This document shows, piece after piece, positions 26,455 to 39,218 of a DNA stretch of 64,000 nt. Made by a program: the position numbers and the translations under genes. Position 1 is the first letter of the stretch. The number at the start of each line of letters is the position of its first letter. The notes below the pieces were generated by a model. It searched no databases. It was not told the origin of the DNA and saw only the letters and a program-made list of their open reading frames with translations. Source of the DNA: Octopus sinensis (taxonomy: Eukaryota); the NCBI RefSeq assembly GCF_006345805.1, contig NC_043003.1, positions 11,904,001-11,968,000 of the forward strand. Reading direction: 5' to 3'.

Positions 26455-26872
26455 AATGGGTTTACATGTAGTTTTTCACTCAAACAAATTCACTCACCAG
26501 GCACTCAGTGGCCCAGATCTATAGGTGACATTTACCCAAAGTGCTGCGCGCAGTGTCACTCAGTTCGAAAACAGGTCGTTGTTGCGAAACCAGTTAATAC
26601 ACACCAATGCCCGTATGAAAGAAGAAACAGTCGATCCGACAATAAATAAATGAATGAATATATAAATAAATAAATAATCCTTTATAAGCACAACGCCTGA
26701 AATTTGTTGGGAAGGGGTTATGTTCGATTGTTGCTTAATTTATCGGCCCCTAATGGATGAAAGGTAAAGCCGACTTCGGTGGCATTTCAACCCAGCAGGT
26801 AATGAGAGACGAAATGTCGCTAACCATTTTGCCCGCGGTGCCACCGTTTCTGCTTGCTTGCCGCCTTAATAA

Positions 26873-27140
26873 TAGAGTCGAACATAAAGGTTATCCCTAT
26901 TGTCATTGGGGCATTGGGTTCAATACCACCCCATCTGGAAAAAAAAATCATCTGAAAAACCTAAGAAATACCTTACAATCTAGATGTATTGCAAAAGTCG
27001 GCATTACTTGGGACAGCCCACATATTGCGTAATGTACTGTCTGTCTGAGGTCCTTGTTGTGACTTGACAAAGAGTACAAACCCCCGGTAGACAAAACATC
27101 TTCAATCAACAACCTCACGATATTTATACTGTGCGAAGTC

Positions 27141-27142
<2 letters not shown>
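26873..27142 (+). mobile_element. R4/Dong-type LINE 3' fragment
   Basis: KVIPIVIGALGSIP...LQKSALLGTAHILRNVLSV*, short UTR, then (AAT)n. Confidence 0.88.
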
Positions 27143-27198
<56 letters not shown>

Positions 27199-27442
27199 GC
27201 TATACCTGAAATCTCTACACTATGTGCTATCCCCCAAGAATAGCCCTGCTACGCAAGGCACAATAATGCAACTTAAAGAAAACAACCCACAAACACAAGA
27301 CAGTCTATACAGTAATTATCCAGTGAAATAAACTTTCACCGGCAAGCTAAAAACCAATCTATTATACACTCAACTCAGCAATACTCACTGTAATACAAAT
27401 GATTGCACCACACCTTAAGAGGAAAAAACAAGCACATTAGTA

Positions 27443-27495
<53 letters not shown>

Positions 27496-28185
27496 TTACG
27501 CCTACAGAGTACCTCAACAGGCATGATAGAGCTGCACAATATATTCACTGGGTAATTTACAAAAACCTGGACTTGCCCCATGATAAAACTGGTGGGAACA
27601 CGAACCACCTCCATTGCTTGAAAATGATCACATCTCCCTCTTCGGGAATTTCACCATTCAAACTGACAGAAAGATAGATGCAAATAGGCCAGACATTATA
27701 TTGAAAGACTTCAGATAAAAATCATGCCTCCTCATTGATATGACTGTCCCAATCGATATAAACCTATTTCTGTCCAAGACCTACCAAAAACTAAGCAAAT
27801 ATAAAGATCTTGAAATAGAAATTAGCAAAATGTGGAACCTGAAGACTAAAACAATACCTGTTGTCATAGATGCCCTGGGAATGATAGCTAAAGAGGCTGA
27901 TTGCTACCTAGCTCAGATACCAGGAAACCCCAAAATGGCAGAAATTCAAAAGATAGTAGTCATGGGAACTGCCCATATCCTACGTAAAATATTGTCTATA
28001 TAATCACAAATTGTAAAACACACACATAATTTTCTTATGGTTTCTTAAACATTCTCTAGAACAACACTATGTACAAAACCAAATATATGACACCAACATG
28101 AACTTCTAACTTGTTGTCTCTTGAGGTCTCTGGGTGAGGCTTGGAGCCAACTTGTACAAATGCAAAGCAAAAGTCAAACATGAAA
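27496..28185 (+). mobile_element. R4/Dong-type LINE 3' fragment (RLE domain + UTR)
   Basis: EYLNRHDRAAQYIHW, TDRKIDANRPDII, LIDMTVP, KYKDLEIEISKMWNLKTKTIPVVIDALG, GTAHILRKILS*; (AAT)n on both sides. Confidence 0.93.
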
Positions 28186-28199
28186 TAATAATAATGATG

Positions 28200-28231
<32 letters not shown>

Positions 28232-28242
28232 TAATAATAATA

Positions 28243-28630
28243 TCTCCTATGGGGTTTTATGATTAAAAAACCAGACATAGTCTTCATTGAGAAAGAAAGC
28301 AAACGATGCTAGATTATAGATATAGCATGCTCAGTTGACAACAAGGGAGAAGGAAAAGTCGATAGATATGACAGGTTAGCTTTGGATGTTAAAAAGTTGT
28401 GGTCGCTGAAAAAAGTGGTAGTAGTACCAATAATTGTCGGATCCCAGGGAACAGTGAGTAAAAATCTTGAGAAGTACGTAGAACAAATAGGGGCTGCAAT
28501 AAGGGTGGAGCACTTGCAGAAAACAGTACTTCGGATGGTGCTCGAAAAATAAGGGGTGTTACTTTAGTTCTCTGGTAGTGAACATCTGACACCGAAGTAC
28601 ATCTCCAGCGTAAGAAGCTGTGCAAAGACA
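28243..28630 (+). mobile_element. R4/Dong-type LINE 3' fragment, different subfamily
   Basis: KPDIVFIEKESKRC*IIDIAC...KVDRYDRLALDVKKLWSLKKVVVVPIIVGSQGTVSKNLEKY...LQKTVL. Confidence 0.88.
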
Positions 28631-28635
28631 ATATA

Positions 28636-29028
28636 TCTAAATACATAAAGCTGAAGTTGTCTGTATGGCAGGTTTGGTAGCCTTCAACTAACACTATCTC
28701 CTCCGAGACCCTGCGGCGCAAGTTGACCAAAATTGAGAGTATGATAGAAGAAGGTTTGCTCTTCATTCCGTAGAAGAAAAAATTCAAATCGGACCATGTT
28801 AAGACCAAAAATTATTTACATCAAAAAGGTGCTTTTCTTTTTCTATGAAAATCCCTATTTTTTACGATTTTTTTACTGCTGTGTCGCCATTTTTCGGTGT
28901 AGTTCAACCAGAAAAAATGTTCACTTGAAAAAGAATAACAAGCTACATAATGCAAAATTTTTACTTTTCAAAAATTCCAATTCTAAAAGGTCGAAACAAA
29001 CCCGAGCAACGCCGGGCGATACTGCTAG
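28636..29028 (+). mobile_element. Non-autonomous Helitron
   Basis: 5' TC start (TCTAAATACATAAAGCTGAAG), 3' hairpin CCCG.GCAACGCCGGG at 29001-29016 followed 8 nt later by CTAG; no TIR or TSD. The next base is C rather than the usual T. Confidence 0.75.
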
Positions 29029-29074
29029 CAAAATAATAATAATAATAATAATAAGGTGTTTATAATAATAATAT

Positions 29075-29230
29075 ATGAACGAGTGTAGCAAACTGCTAAA
29101 AAAAAATACAAAAGGAAGCATGATATCGTAGCTATGTATATGCATTGGAGATTGCGTGAGAAGTACAGACTTGGAAGAACATTGAAATGGTAAGTGTCGC
29201 TGAGAATAACGAATATAAGATCTTACTAAG
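29075..29230 (+). mobile_element. R4/Dong-type LINE internal fragment
   Basis: ECSKL...YKRKHDIVAMYMHWRL.EKY...W...ENNEYKIL after (AAT)n. Confidence 0.75.
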
Positions 29231-29237
29231 GATTTTT

Positions 29238-29684
29238 AATTCTTTATTGCCCACAAGGGGCTAAACGTAGAGGGGACAAACAAGGACGGACAAAGGGAGT
29301 ATATCGATTACATAGACCCCAGTGCGTAACTGGTACTTATTTAATCGACCCCGAAAGGATGAAAGGCAAAGTCGACCTCGGCGGAATTTGAACTCAGAAC
29401 GTAGCGGCAGACGAAATACGGCTACGCATTTCGCCCGGCGTGCTAACGTTTCTTATTTCTTTATTGCCCACAAGGGGCTAAACATAGAGAGGACAAATAA
29501 GGACAGACAAAGGGATTAAGTCGATTACATCGACCCCAGTGTGTAACTGGTACTTAATTTATCGACCCCGAAAGGATGAAAGGAAAAGTCGACCTCGGCG
29601 GAATTTGAACTCAGAACGTAACGGCAGACGAAATACGGCTACGCATTTCGCCCGGCGTGCTAACGTTTCTGCCAGCTCGCCGCC
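29238..29684 (-). mobile_element. SINE family A dimer, young
   Basis: Junction aaagaaata|agaaacgttagcacg at ~29453; CpGs largely intact. Confidence 0.93.
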
Positions 29685-30122
29685 TTACCAAAACAGAAAT
29701 AATATGATTTCATAGAATAATAATGCGTAATATCTATTTGGAATAAATTTTTCATTACTGAAAAAAAAAAAAAAAAAATCAAGCTGCAGCAAAATCAAAA
29801 TTTTACAAATAACCATTTACTTACCTTCGTAATCAGTCAGGTCATCATTTTGTTTCATTTTCCCGATTTTAACAAAGCAAAATGCGTAAACGGTTTAGAT
29901 ATTACTCATCCCCGACAATCACTTTGTTTCACTTCCTGGGTGTTTTTAACATGACCACCCTTCCTCAAAAGGCAAAACTGATTACAAATACATCGTTCAG
30001 ATTCTGAAGCTATTGCTAAATCATGTACTTTTCACTTACGTTTTATCGCCGAGTATAAGAGATTATTTCCTTTCGTTTTAAAACTGGCCATTTTATGGGC
30101 CTCAATCGAAAGGTTGCTATAT

Positions 30123-30153
<31 letters not shown>

Positions 30154-30218
30154 TTCACGGAATTGTTACAAAATAAGAACGTGCGTGGCGCTACATTAAA
30201 TATGTTGCAAAACTATAT

Positions 30219-30612
30219 AGGCGCAGGAGTGGCTGTGTGGTTCCGGGTTCAGTCCCACTGCGTGGCACCTTGGGCAAGTGTCTTCTACTATAGCCTCGGG
30301 CCGACCAAAGCCTTGTGAGTGGATTTGGTAGATGGAAACTGAAAGAAGCCCGTCGTATATATGTATATATATATATATATATGTGCGTGTATGTTTGTAT
30401 GTCTGTGTTTGTCCCCCCAACATCGCTTGACAGCCGATACTGGTGTGTTTATGTACTCCCCTTAACTTAGTGGTTCGGCAAAAGAGACCGATAGAATAAG
30501 TACTGGGCTTACAAAGAATAAGTCCTGGGGTCGATTTGTTCGACTCAAGGCGGTGCTCCAGCATGGCCGCAGTCAAATGACTGAAACAAGTAAAAGAGTA
30601 AAAGAGTAAAGA
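30219..30612 (+). mobile_element. SINE family B (short deletion in head)
   Basis: Match from GGCGCAGGAG to (GTAAAAGA)n. Confidence 0.92.
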
Positions 30613-30697
30613 GCATATATTATATATAAAAGAATTTTTTGCGTAATGAGATAAAAGACCAAGGCTGTGTAGATCTTAGAACATTTGCAGATAGAGG

Positions 30698-30749
30698 GTC
30701 TTACAGCTGTTTCCAGGATATTTATTTGTTATATCCCTTCATCGGAGAC
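30698..30749 (-). ncRNA. Type I hammerhead motif (CCGATGA core variant) in a (TA)-flanked insertion ~30628-30925
   Basis: Minus strand: GTCT-CCGATGA-A-GGGATAT-AACAAATAA-ATATCCT-G-GAAA-CAGCTG-TA-AGAC. Confidence 0.7.
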
Positions 30750-30935
30750 GGTGTGAGAGGATGGTTAAGTAATAGTTAATTTAGATAGGATACAAAATAG
30801 AGAGTGAGGTGGAGGAAAGAAAATAGATGTGAGATATGTAGGGATATTGAATTTGTAGAGCCATTTTTTTTTTAGGCAGAATGGTATATATGTAAGATTT
30901 CAAAACCTTATGAGTAAAATCCAATATATATATAG

Positions 30936-30987
<52 letters not shown>

Positions 30988-31644
30988 GTATGTATGTATG
31001 TATGTATGTATGTACTTGTGTGTCTGTGTTTGTACCCCACCCCACCATCGCTTAACACTCGATGTTGGTGTGTTTACGTCCCCGTAACCCAGCGGTTCGG
31101 CAAAAAGTGAACAGATAGAATGAGTACTAGGCTTACAAAGAGTAAGTCCTGGAGTCGATTTGCTCGACTAAAAGGTGGTGCTCCAGCATGGCCGCAGTCA
31201 AATGACTGAAACAAATTAAAGTGAAAGATAAAAAAAAGGGCGGAGATCTTTGACAGGACTCCTTAAATGCTAGAAGGTGCAGTTAAAACCAAACCACGAA
31301 AAAAGAATTCATGTAACGTCTTATGAAATTTATTTATGCATGCTAACCACACACACACATACACATACATACATACATACATACATACATACATACATAC
31401 ATGCATGCATGCATACATACATACATACATACATACATACATACATACATACATACATGCATGCATACATACATACATACATACATACATACATACATAC
31501 ATACGACGGGCCTCTTTCAGTTTCCGTCTACCAAATCCACTCACAAGGCTTTGGTCAGCCCGAGGCTATAGTAGAATACACTTGGCCAAGGTGCCATGCA
31601 GTGGGACTGAACCCGGAACCATGTGGTTGGCATAAAGAGAAACC

Positions 31645-31980
31645 CAATTCATTAAAAATAAATTCATGAATGAAGTCCTTGGATATTAGATTCCAAATTA
31701 CACAAACTTACTGAATCGCTCTTTCATAATTATTGTATGATTAACAACAACGTCAGTGCACGCTGTTCATATGCAAATTAGACGTGTCCCACTTCTACAA
31801 ATAGTTTGTTATTTATAACCTCAACATGAACGAGAGATAGTTCTTTGATGATGTTCTAAGAAGGGTGGAAATCCCGAAGAATATATGTTATCATCTTATG
31901 GGAGTGGAGTGGGTGGTTGTTTACAAAATGAAGTTTTTTCTCCAAAAATTTCTGTCGGAATTGGAATTGCCGTTGTAGTA
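31645..31980. mobile_element. Old DNA-transposon-like repeat; inverted homolog at ~41603-41920
   Basis: Colinear similarity including TTAGATTCCAAATTAC, CATATGCAAATTAGACG and GAAGAATAT.TGTTA.CA.CTTA.GGGAGTGG. Confidence 0.6.
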
Positions 31981-32207
31981 AACAGGAATAATAATGATGA
32001 TAGCAACAACAACAATAATAATAATAATAATAATAATAATATTTATTTCTTTATTGCCCACAGGGGGCCAAACACAGAGGGGACAAACAAGGACAGACAA
32101 ACGGATTAAGTCGATTATATCGACCCCAGTGCGTAACTGGTACTTAATTTATCAACTCCGAAATAATAATATTAATAATAATAATGATGATGATGATGAT
32201 GATGATG

Positions 32208-32640
32208 AATAAATTCTGGTTATTGGCTGCAAGGGCTAACAAAAATCAAAGAAACATATAAGGACAAATACAGGACGAAAATTACAAAGGGTTTTGTCCG
32301 ATAGAAAGGTCCGTGTAAAAATTCAAGATAACAACGAAAATATATATAACAAGTAAAAACTCCCAATAGTGGGTGGCGCTTAGAAAGGTTACTCGTGGAA
32401 AAACCCATAAAAACCACGGGATCCTGGTCAAAAAGGGGTAGAGAGTCCCTTTCTCCTTTTATATTACATTTTCTTTTACAGGTGTAACCTCAGAATTGGT
32501 CCGTAGATGCTGGCCATTTTCCCGACATTCACCCACCTTTCAATAAATTTGCTACGAGACAGCACTTCCCTCTCTACTCTCATCTTCCTTTTCAAGTGGA
32601 ACTTGTAAAAAGCTGATGAGGCCTTGGTCAAAGAGGAAAG
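32208..32640 (-). mobile_element. Tx1/L1-like LINE 3' end (ORF2 C-terminus + 3' UTR)
   Basis: FYKFHLKRKMRVEREVLSRSKFIERWVNVGKMASIYGPILRLHL* (stop at 32476) resembles L1/Tx1 ORF2 C-termini; T-rich UTR ends TTGTTAGCCCTTGCAGCCAATAA next to a (CAT)n tract. Confidence 0.65.
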
Positions 32641-32651
32641 TAATAATAATA

Positions 32652-33083
32652 CTATAGATTTGCTTGTCAGTTGTTTGACCTTAACCAGTTGATCATGTCC
32701 CTTAGTGGCTGACGATACGTGCATCTCTGATCACGAGCAGAAGTAGTGGGGGAGCATCATAGCCATGTGTTGAGAGGAATTCTTTTGGGGTTTGAATAAT
32801 TCACATCTGGAAACATGGGTGTTTCGTTCAACGTCCTTAAACAACCCTTATTCAGAGACCTCGTGAGCGGAATGGGTTGCTCGACCAGAAGAAGATTCTA
32901 ATCGGGCCCCACCTGCAAGGTCATGTGCTGTTTATCTTGGTATGAGATCACCATGTCGCGCACATATGGTTGTGATGCATGTGCCTGGTGTACCCTTTTC
33001 AGACGGGTAGACATGATGGGTATACTGGGCTTCGTATATTTTACCCCAGTGTCACTTTGATGGAATGCACTGCTTTCTCACTC

Positions 33084-33084
<1 letters not shown>
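32652..33084 (+). mobile_element. Retroelement 3' UTR-like fragment inserted in (AAT)n
   Basis: (AAT)n on both sides; second copy at 6815-7082. Confidence 0.72.
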
Positions 33085-33120
<36 letters not shown>

Positions 33121-33297
33121 GAAATTTCGTTATAAAGCTTGGCCTGTTAGGAAGCACAAGACCTCAAATTTAGGGGAAGGGATTAAGTCGATTACATCGA
33201 CCCCAGTGCGTAACTGGTACTTATTTAATCAACCCTGAAAGGAAAAGTTGACTTCAGTGGCTGTCAAGCGGTGATGGGGAACAAACACAGATACAAA

Positions 33298-33339
<42 letters not shown>

Positions 33340-33601
33340 TACATATATACGGCAGGATTCTTTCAGTTTCTGTCAACCAAATCCACTCACAAGGCTTTGT
33401 TTGACCCGAGGCTTTAGTAGAAGACACTTGCCCAAGGTACCACGCAGTGGGACTGAACCTGGAACCATGTGGTTGACAAGCAAGCTTCTTACCACACAGC
33501 CATGCCTGCGCCTATTACTGATTTTACCGAAGCAGGGGTGGTCATCTTCGTCAACAGACTCTAAATTAAACAAATATTGAATTCATTGAGCATGCAACAC
33601 G

Positions 33602-34469
33602 GATGTTGCATGGTTCAATGGTTAAGAGGCGCGCGTTTTTTTCTCTCTCCGTTTTCTAAGAACCGTATCAGGGGTTTAATCCCTCTGTCTAGTATCTAGG
33701 ACAAACTTTTAGGTGCAGGAGTGGCTGTGCGGTAAGTAGCTTGCTTACCAACTGCATGGTTCCGGGTTCAGTCCTGGCACCTTGGGCAAGTGTCTTCTAC
33801 TATAGCCTTGGGCCGACCAAAGCTTTGTGAGTGGATTTGGTAGATGAAAAATGAAAGAAGCCCGTCGTGTGTGTGTGTGTGTGTGTATGTGTGTGTGTGT
33901 GTGTGTGTGTTTCGGTGTCTGTGTTTGTCCCCCCAACATCGCTTGACAACCGATGCTGGTGTGTTTGCGTCCCCGTAACTTAGCGGCTCGGCAAAAAGAG
34001 AACCGATAGAATAAGTACTAGGCTTACAAAGAATAAGTCCTGGTGGGGGGTCGATTTGCTCGACTAAAGGCGGTGCTCCAGCATAGCCGCAGTCACATGA
34101 CTGAAACAAGTAAAAGAGTAAAAACAAAAGATTAATTAAATGAAATACTGATAATGCGACCTGCACAATAGTGTAAATTAGTGCAAACTATGAGAGGTTG
34201 CACCCGGAAATTCGGTTTGGTACCTCTACAATCCACCCAACAAGTTTCTGTACAGTTTTGTGTTGATCCAACTTAAATCATGAAACTTCGCTCAAAGCTA
34301 AGCTATAGCAAGAAGAAGAGAAAAAAATGGGAAAACAAAAAGCTAAAAAGAAAGAAAAGTTTGTCCTAGATACTAGGCAGTGGGATTGAACCCGTGATAC
34401 GGTTCTTAGAAAACAGAAAAGGGGGGGAAAAAAAACCGCACCTCTTAACCATTGAACCATGCAACATCG
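33602..34469. repeat. Inverted pair of ~110-bp tRNA-like units (33602-33710 and 34355-34469)
   Basis: GATGTTGCATGGTTCAATGGTTAAGAGG...CTAGTATCTAGGACAAACTTTT and its reverse complement. Confidence 0.85.
33712..34122 (+). mobile_element. SINE family B
   Basis: Full-length match. Confidence 0.92.
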
Positions 34470-34976
34470 ACCGGGACAGCTTGAGGACAGCTTGACTAAG
34501 CTATCGCGCGGTCGTCAGCCAACGCAGTAAACTGGAAAGTTGCGATGATATGTCTAAACAGGTCGCTGAAAAGAGGAAGAAAAACCCACAGTAGCAAGAA
34601 AAAAAAACAACAAGAAAAAAAACAGACAATAGATAAAGCGATAATAAAATACGAACGATAATGATTTATTTTTAAATGACAAAAAAAAAGAGAAAAATTC
34701 CACTTTCGGTTTGTCTTCATAGTGAAAGTGACGTGACGTTGTTGCCCCCGCTGGACTGAAAGTTGTGGAGTCACTGCTGCTGCTGCTATTGTTGTTGTCA
34801 CTGTGTGACGGCGGCGGCGTTGGGGATTGTGGTGGTGGTGGTGGTGGAGGAAATTCTGCAGTAATAGTGTTGTTGTTGTTACTTCCTTAGTTGGCGATGT
34901 CGGATTTGTTTATTTGTTTGCTTCGCTTTGCCCGCCTGTTTGTTGCTTTGTGGGGAATTTGGTAACGGCAGACAGC

Positions 34977-35005
34977 TGTAGTAGTAGTAGTGGTATTATT
35001 ATTAT

Positions 35006-35063
<58 letters not shown>

Positions 35064-35124
35064 GGTGGTGGTAGTAGTAGTAGTGGTAGTGGTGGTGGTG
35101 GTGGTAGTAGTAGTAGTAGTGGTA

Positions 35125-35173
<49 letters not shown>

Positions 35174-35245
35174 CGGTGGTGGTGGTTGTAGCGATGATGA
35201 TGATAATGATAATGATGATGTCGATGATGATGATGAGATGATGAA
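34977..35245. repeat. Compound trinucleotide microsatellite (GTA/GTG/GAT)
   Basis: Direct inspection. Confidence 0.95.
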
Positions 35246-35574
35246 TGTAAAATAGTGGTTGCAGTCTAAGCCCCCAAGGTGGTGGGGGTGGGGGTGGGGA
35301 ACTCTGCAATGAACAAGACCTATCTATGATCGGAAGCAATCCAGCCGTGACAGTTCCATCTAAATTTCAAACACATATATATATATATATATATATAGTT
35401 GCAAATTGAGATAGGGGTTGTAAATATATATATATAATATTAAACCAAGGACTACTGTATCCAACGAACGATTTGAGAGAGAGATTTGATTGCTATTTTT
35501 AGCAGATCAAGTGACACCACTTAGAATCCTCTTTCCTTATAACAAAAATGTTTGTTGATAGTTTTTTTATTTAG

Positions 35575-35925
35575 CGGTTAATATCTAGATCCGCACCCGG
35601 TGGGAAAATGGAAACGAAAATGTGTAACAGTTGTAAGGCATCGTATATTGACGGAATAAGGCGGAAAAAAAGCGCGCTGACAAAACGGGGTGGGTGGGGG
35701 GGGGGCTCGGGAAATTCAGGATCAACCGTAGAGGATCATGGAAAAAAATATGTGTAACAGGTGTAAGGCATCGGTTGATCCTGGGAATTTCCCGAGCCCC
35801 CCCACACCCAACCCCGTTGTCAGCGCGCTTTTTTCCGTCTTATTCCGTAAATATACGATGCCTTACAACTGTTACACATTTTCGTTTCCATTTTTCCCAC
35901 CGGGTGCGGATCTAGATATTAACCG
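35575..35925. mobile_element. Foldback/MITE-like element with ~154-bp inverted arms
   Basis: CGGTTAATATCTAGATCCGCACCCGGTGGG... (35575-35728) mirrored at 35772-35925. Confidence 0.88.
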
Positions 35926-36509
35926 AATTTTGGTTGCTACTTCTAGCATACCAAATGACCACATCGAGGTTGCTGTTTGCTGGTGACAGTGTTGTCGATA
36001 TAACTGGGATAGTTGTTGTTGCTGCTGCTGTTTAGCCACGAGTAGAGAGCATGTGCAAAGATCAAAGGCGTTCCAGACGTGACCACCACCTCGTCTATTT
36101 TGCATTGTCCTTTGCATATCTTATCTAGGACTGCATTGTTTTAATGCGAGTTTATTTTTTTTAAAACGGTCGGGTGAGAAATTCGGCGGAGGTGGGGGGG
36201 GGGCTCAGGATTTCTTAGAAAACCGAACGACCGCGCGAAGGTTGTTGTTTGTTGTGTTGGTGTTGCAGTTGGAGTGGTGGTGGTGGTGGTGGTGGCGGCG
36301 GCGGCGGTGGAGGCTGGTGTTGATAGCGCTCAGATAACAGCAGTGGTAGTGGTGGTGGTGGTAGTGGCGGCGGCGGCGGTGGCAGCGGTGGTGTTTAGTG
36401 ACAATAATGGTAAGAGTGGGGGGGGGGCGGTGATGACATTTTTTTTTCTCTCTCTCCCCATATCCGTTTCATTTTCTGCTTATTGACAAATTTGAGAAAA
36501 AAAAATAAA

Positions 36510-36554
<45 letters not shown>

Positions 36555-37807
36555 TACACATACACATACATATACATATACATATATATATATACATACA
36601 TAGACATATATACACATACACACATACGTGCATACAAATATGTGTATTCCCGGATCTCAACTATTAAACTTCTCGTTTTTCCCTTTTGCTCTCTTTTTTC
36701 TTCCTCCTCCTCCTCTTCTCCCTCCCCCTCCCCTTCCTCCTCCTCCTACTCCTACACCACCACCACAACCACTACCATCTCATCGCCTCCGCCGCCGCCA
36801 CCATTGTCCCACTGCTTCAAACACTGTCACCGCGACTGACTCCCCCTCCCCCTCCCCGACCGAATCCATTTAAAAACTCAGGCAAGGCCCATAATGTTGT
36901 TAATCTTTTACAAGGACTTACTCGAACGTGGATATCGCATAATCTGTTCACATCACAGAATAATACATATATTTTCATAAACGTCAATATATATATTTAC
37001 ATATAAATATATATACATATATATATATTTACACACGCACAAACATATATATATATATATATTTATACATAATCACAAGCATTATACGTACAGTTCTACT
37101 TGTGAACGTTTCGCTTTACAAATCAGGAATAATAACAGAATCCAGTGCCTTCTGTCGCGACGTAAAAAAATATTTTGGAACTTACATTTATATATACAAT
37201 TTATGGCGGGAGCCAAAATTCTACACTTATAACCGTAAGCATTTTGCCTATATAATCACTATTTTTTTTTATAATCGCTTATATTTTTTATAATCGCTTA
37301 TATATTTTTCTAAACGATCATGTTTTATTGTTGTCTAATCCTAAATCCGATGGAGCAGACCGTGGAGCAGATCCGTGCGTAAAGGCATTCTAAGAAGCAT
37401 TAAACCATTTCGTTTCTGTCTGCGAATGCATTGTTTAATGTGTCTTCTCCCTGTCTTTAAAGTCGGCAGCGATGCGCATTGCAAGAGACGTGATTTGACT
37501 GCTGTTTCTAGCACATCGACAGACCACGCGAAAGCACCCTCGTTTTTATTTTTATTCTTATTGATTTGTATTAATGTGTTTGTTTATTTGTTTTGACATT
37601 TATGGAATATAAGCGAGTATTTGAAAACTCTTCGAATAGCATTGTTGTTGTTTATTTAACCCAAGGAAAGTTACTGACCAGCTCTATGATCAAAAACTTG
37701 GTCTGTTTACAAATTGTCCGATGCATCTTAAAAACCCCCCAACAAAAGTGCGCTTTAAAAGAATTTCCTTGCTATTTCTAACGAGTCGATAGATCGCATA
37801 GATCGAA

Positions 37808-37940
37808 CAAGGACAACTTTTTCAAGGAGCGGGCCGCATGAGACATGACTCATCATTAGGCGGGCCGCCCTACTAAAAAAAAAAAAAAGGAAAAAATTCA
37901 AGATCATTTCTTCCCGTGGGCCGCAATTTACCCAGGACTG
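37808..37940. mobile_element. hAT-like MITE remnant with GGGCCGC subterminal motifs; inverted relative at ~42015-42150
   Basis: Three GGGCCGC motifs and a CCAGGACTG end. Confidence 0.5.
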
Positions 37941-38105
37941 GCGTAAATGCTTCTTCGATGACAAGTGTCATTGAAAAGAAATTTTATGCATTTATAGTTT
38001 TGAATCCTGCCCTACAAATGTATATATATGGAAGAAAGAGTGAGAGAAAGTTGTGGTGAAAGAGTACAGCAGGGTTCGTCACCAGCTCCTGTGTGTGTGT
38101 GTGGG

Positions 38106-38152
<47 letters not shown>

Positions 38153-38154
<2 letters not shown>

Positions 38155-38369
38155 TTTACTCTTTTACTTGTTTCAGTCATGTGACTGCGGCCATGCTGGA
38201 GCACCGCCTTTAGTCGAGCAAATCGATCCTAGGACTTATTCTTTGTAAGCCTAGTACGGGGGTTTTGTAAGCCTATCGGGGTTTTTTTTTGCCGAACCGC
38301 TAAGTTACGGGGACGTAAACACACCAGCATCGGTTGTCAAGCGATGTTGGGGGTACAAACACAGACACA

Positions 38370-38462
<93 letters not shown>

Positions 38463-38578
38463 CTTTGGTCGGCCCGAGGCTATAGTAGAAGATACTTGCC
38501 CAAGGTGCCACGCAGTGGGACTGAACCCGGAACGATGTGGTTGGTAAGCAAGCTACTTACCACACAGCCACTCCTGCG
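38153..38578 (-). mobile_element. SINE family B
   Basis: Reverse-complement match with an internal deletion. Confidence 0.9.
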
Positions 38579-38850
38579 CACACATGCATAATTCTGTTTA
38601 TAAACATGAACACAACACGTGTATATGAGTCAACGAGATTGTCTCTACGGTATTGCGCAAGCCGCTAGAAATTATTAATTCATATCAGTTGTATACTCTT
38701 ATGATATAGATCACTGGGTGCGGGGATGGGCACGGCTGGAAAGCCTTTAATCATAGATTCGTTCTATCAGCAGTTACTTGGGGAAAATCAACACTTCGTG
38801 TGACACGCACACATAAACAACAAAGTCGTGCGTGTGTGTGTGTGTGTGTG

Positions 38851-39218
38851 TCATGGCACTCCGTCGGTTGCGACGACGCGGGTTCCAGTTGATCCGATCA
38901 ACGGAACAGCCTGCTCGTGAAATTAACGTGCAAGTACTCCACAGACACGTGTACCCTAAACGTAGTTCTCGGGGAGATTCAACGTGACACAGTGTGTGAC
39001 AAGGCTGGCTGGCCCTTTGAAATACAGGTACAACAGAAACAGGAAGAATGAGTGAGAGAAAGTTGTACAGCAGGGTTCCAGCAGGTTCGTTACCACTCCC
39101 TCCCCTCGTGGAGCTTTAAGTGTTTTCGCTCAATAAACACTCACAACACCCGGTCTGGGAAACCGCGATTTCACGACCGCGAGTCCGCTGCTCCGGCCAC
39201 TGGACCATTGCTCTTCCA
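38851..39218 (-). mobile_element. SINE family C, near full length
   Basis: tRNA-Arg-like head at the right end, conserved tail ...CGTCGTCGCAACCGACGGAGTGCCA at the left end. Confidence 0.88.

Noticed and set aside
34827-35339. Poly-Ser/Gly, poly-Thr and poly-Val ORFs
   Set aside because: Trinucleotide microsatellite open in several frames on both strands.
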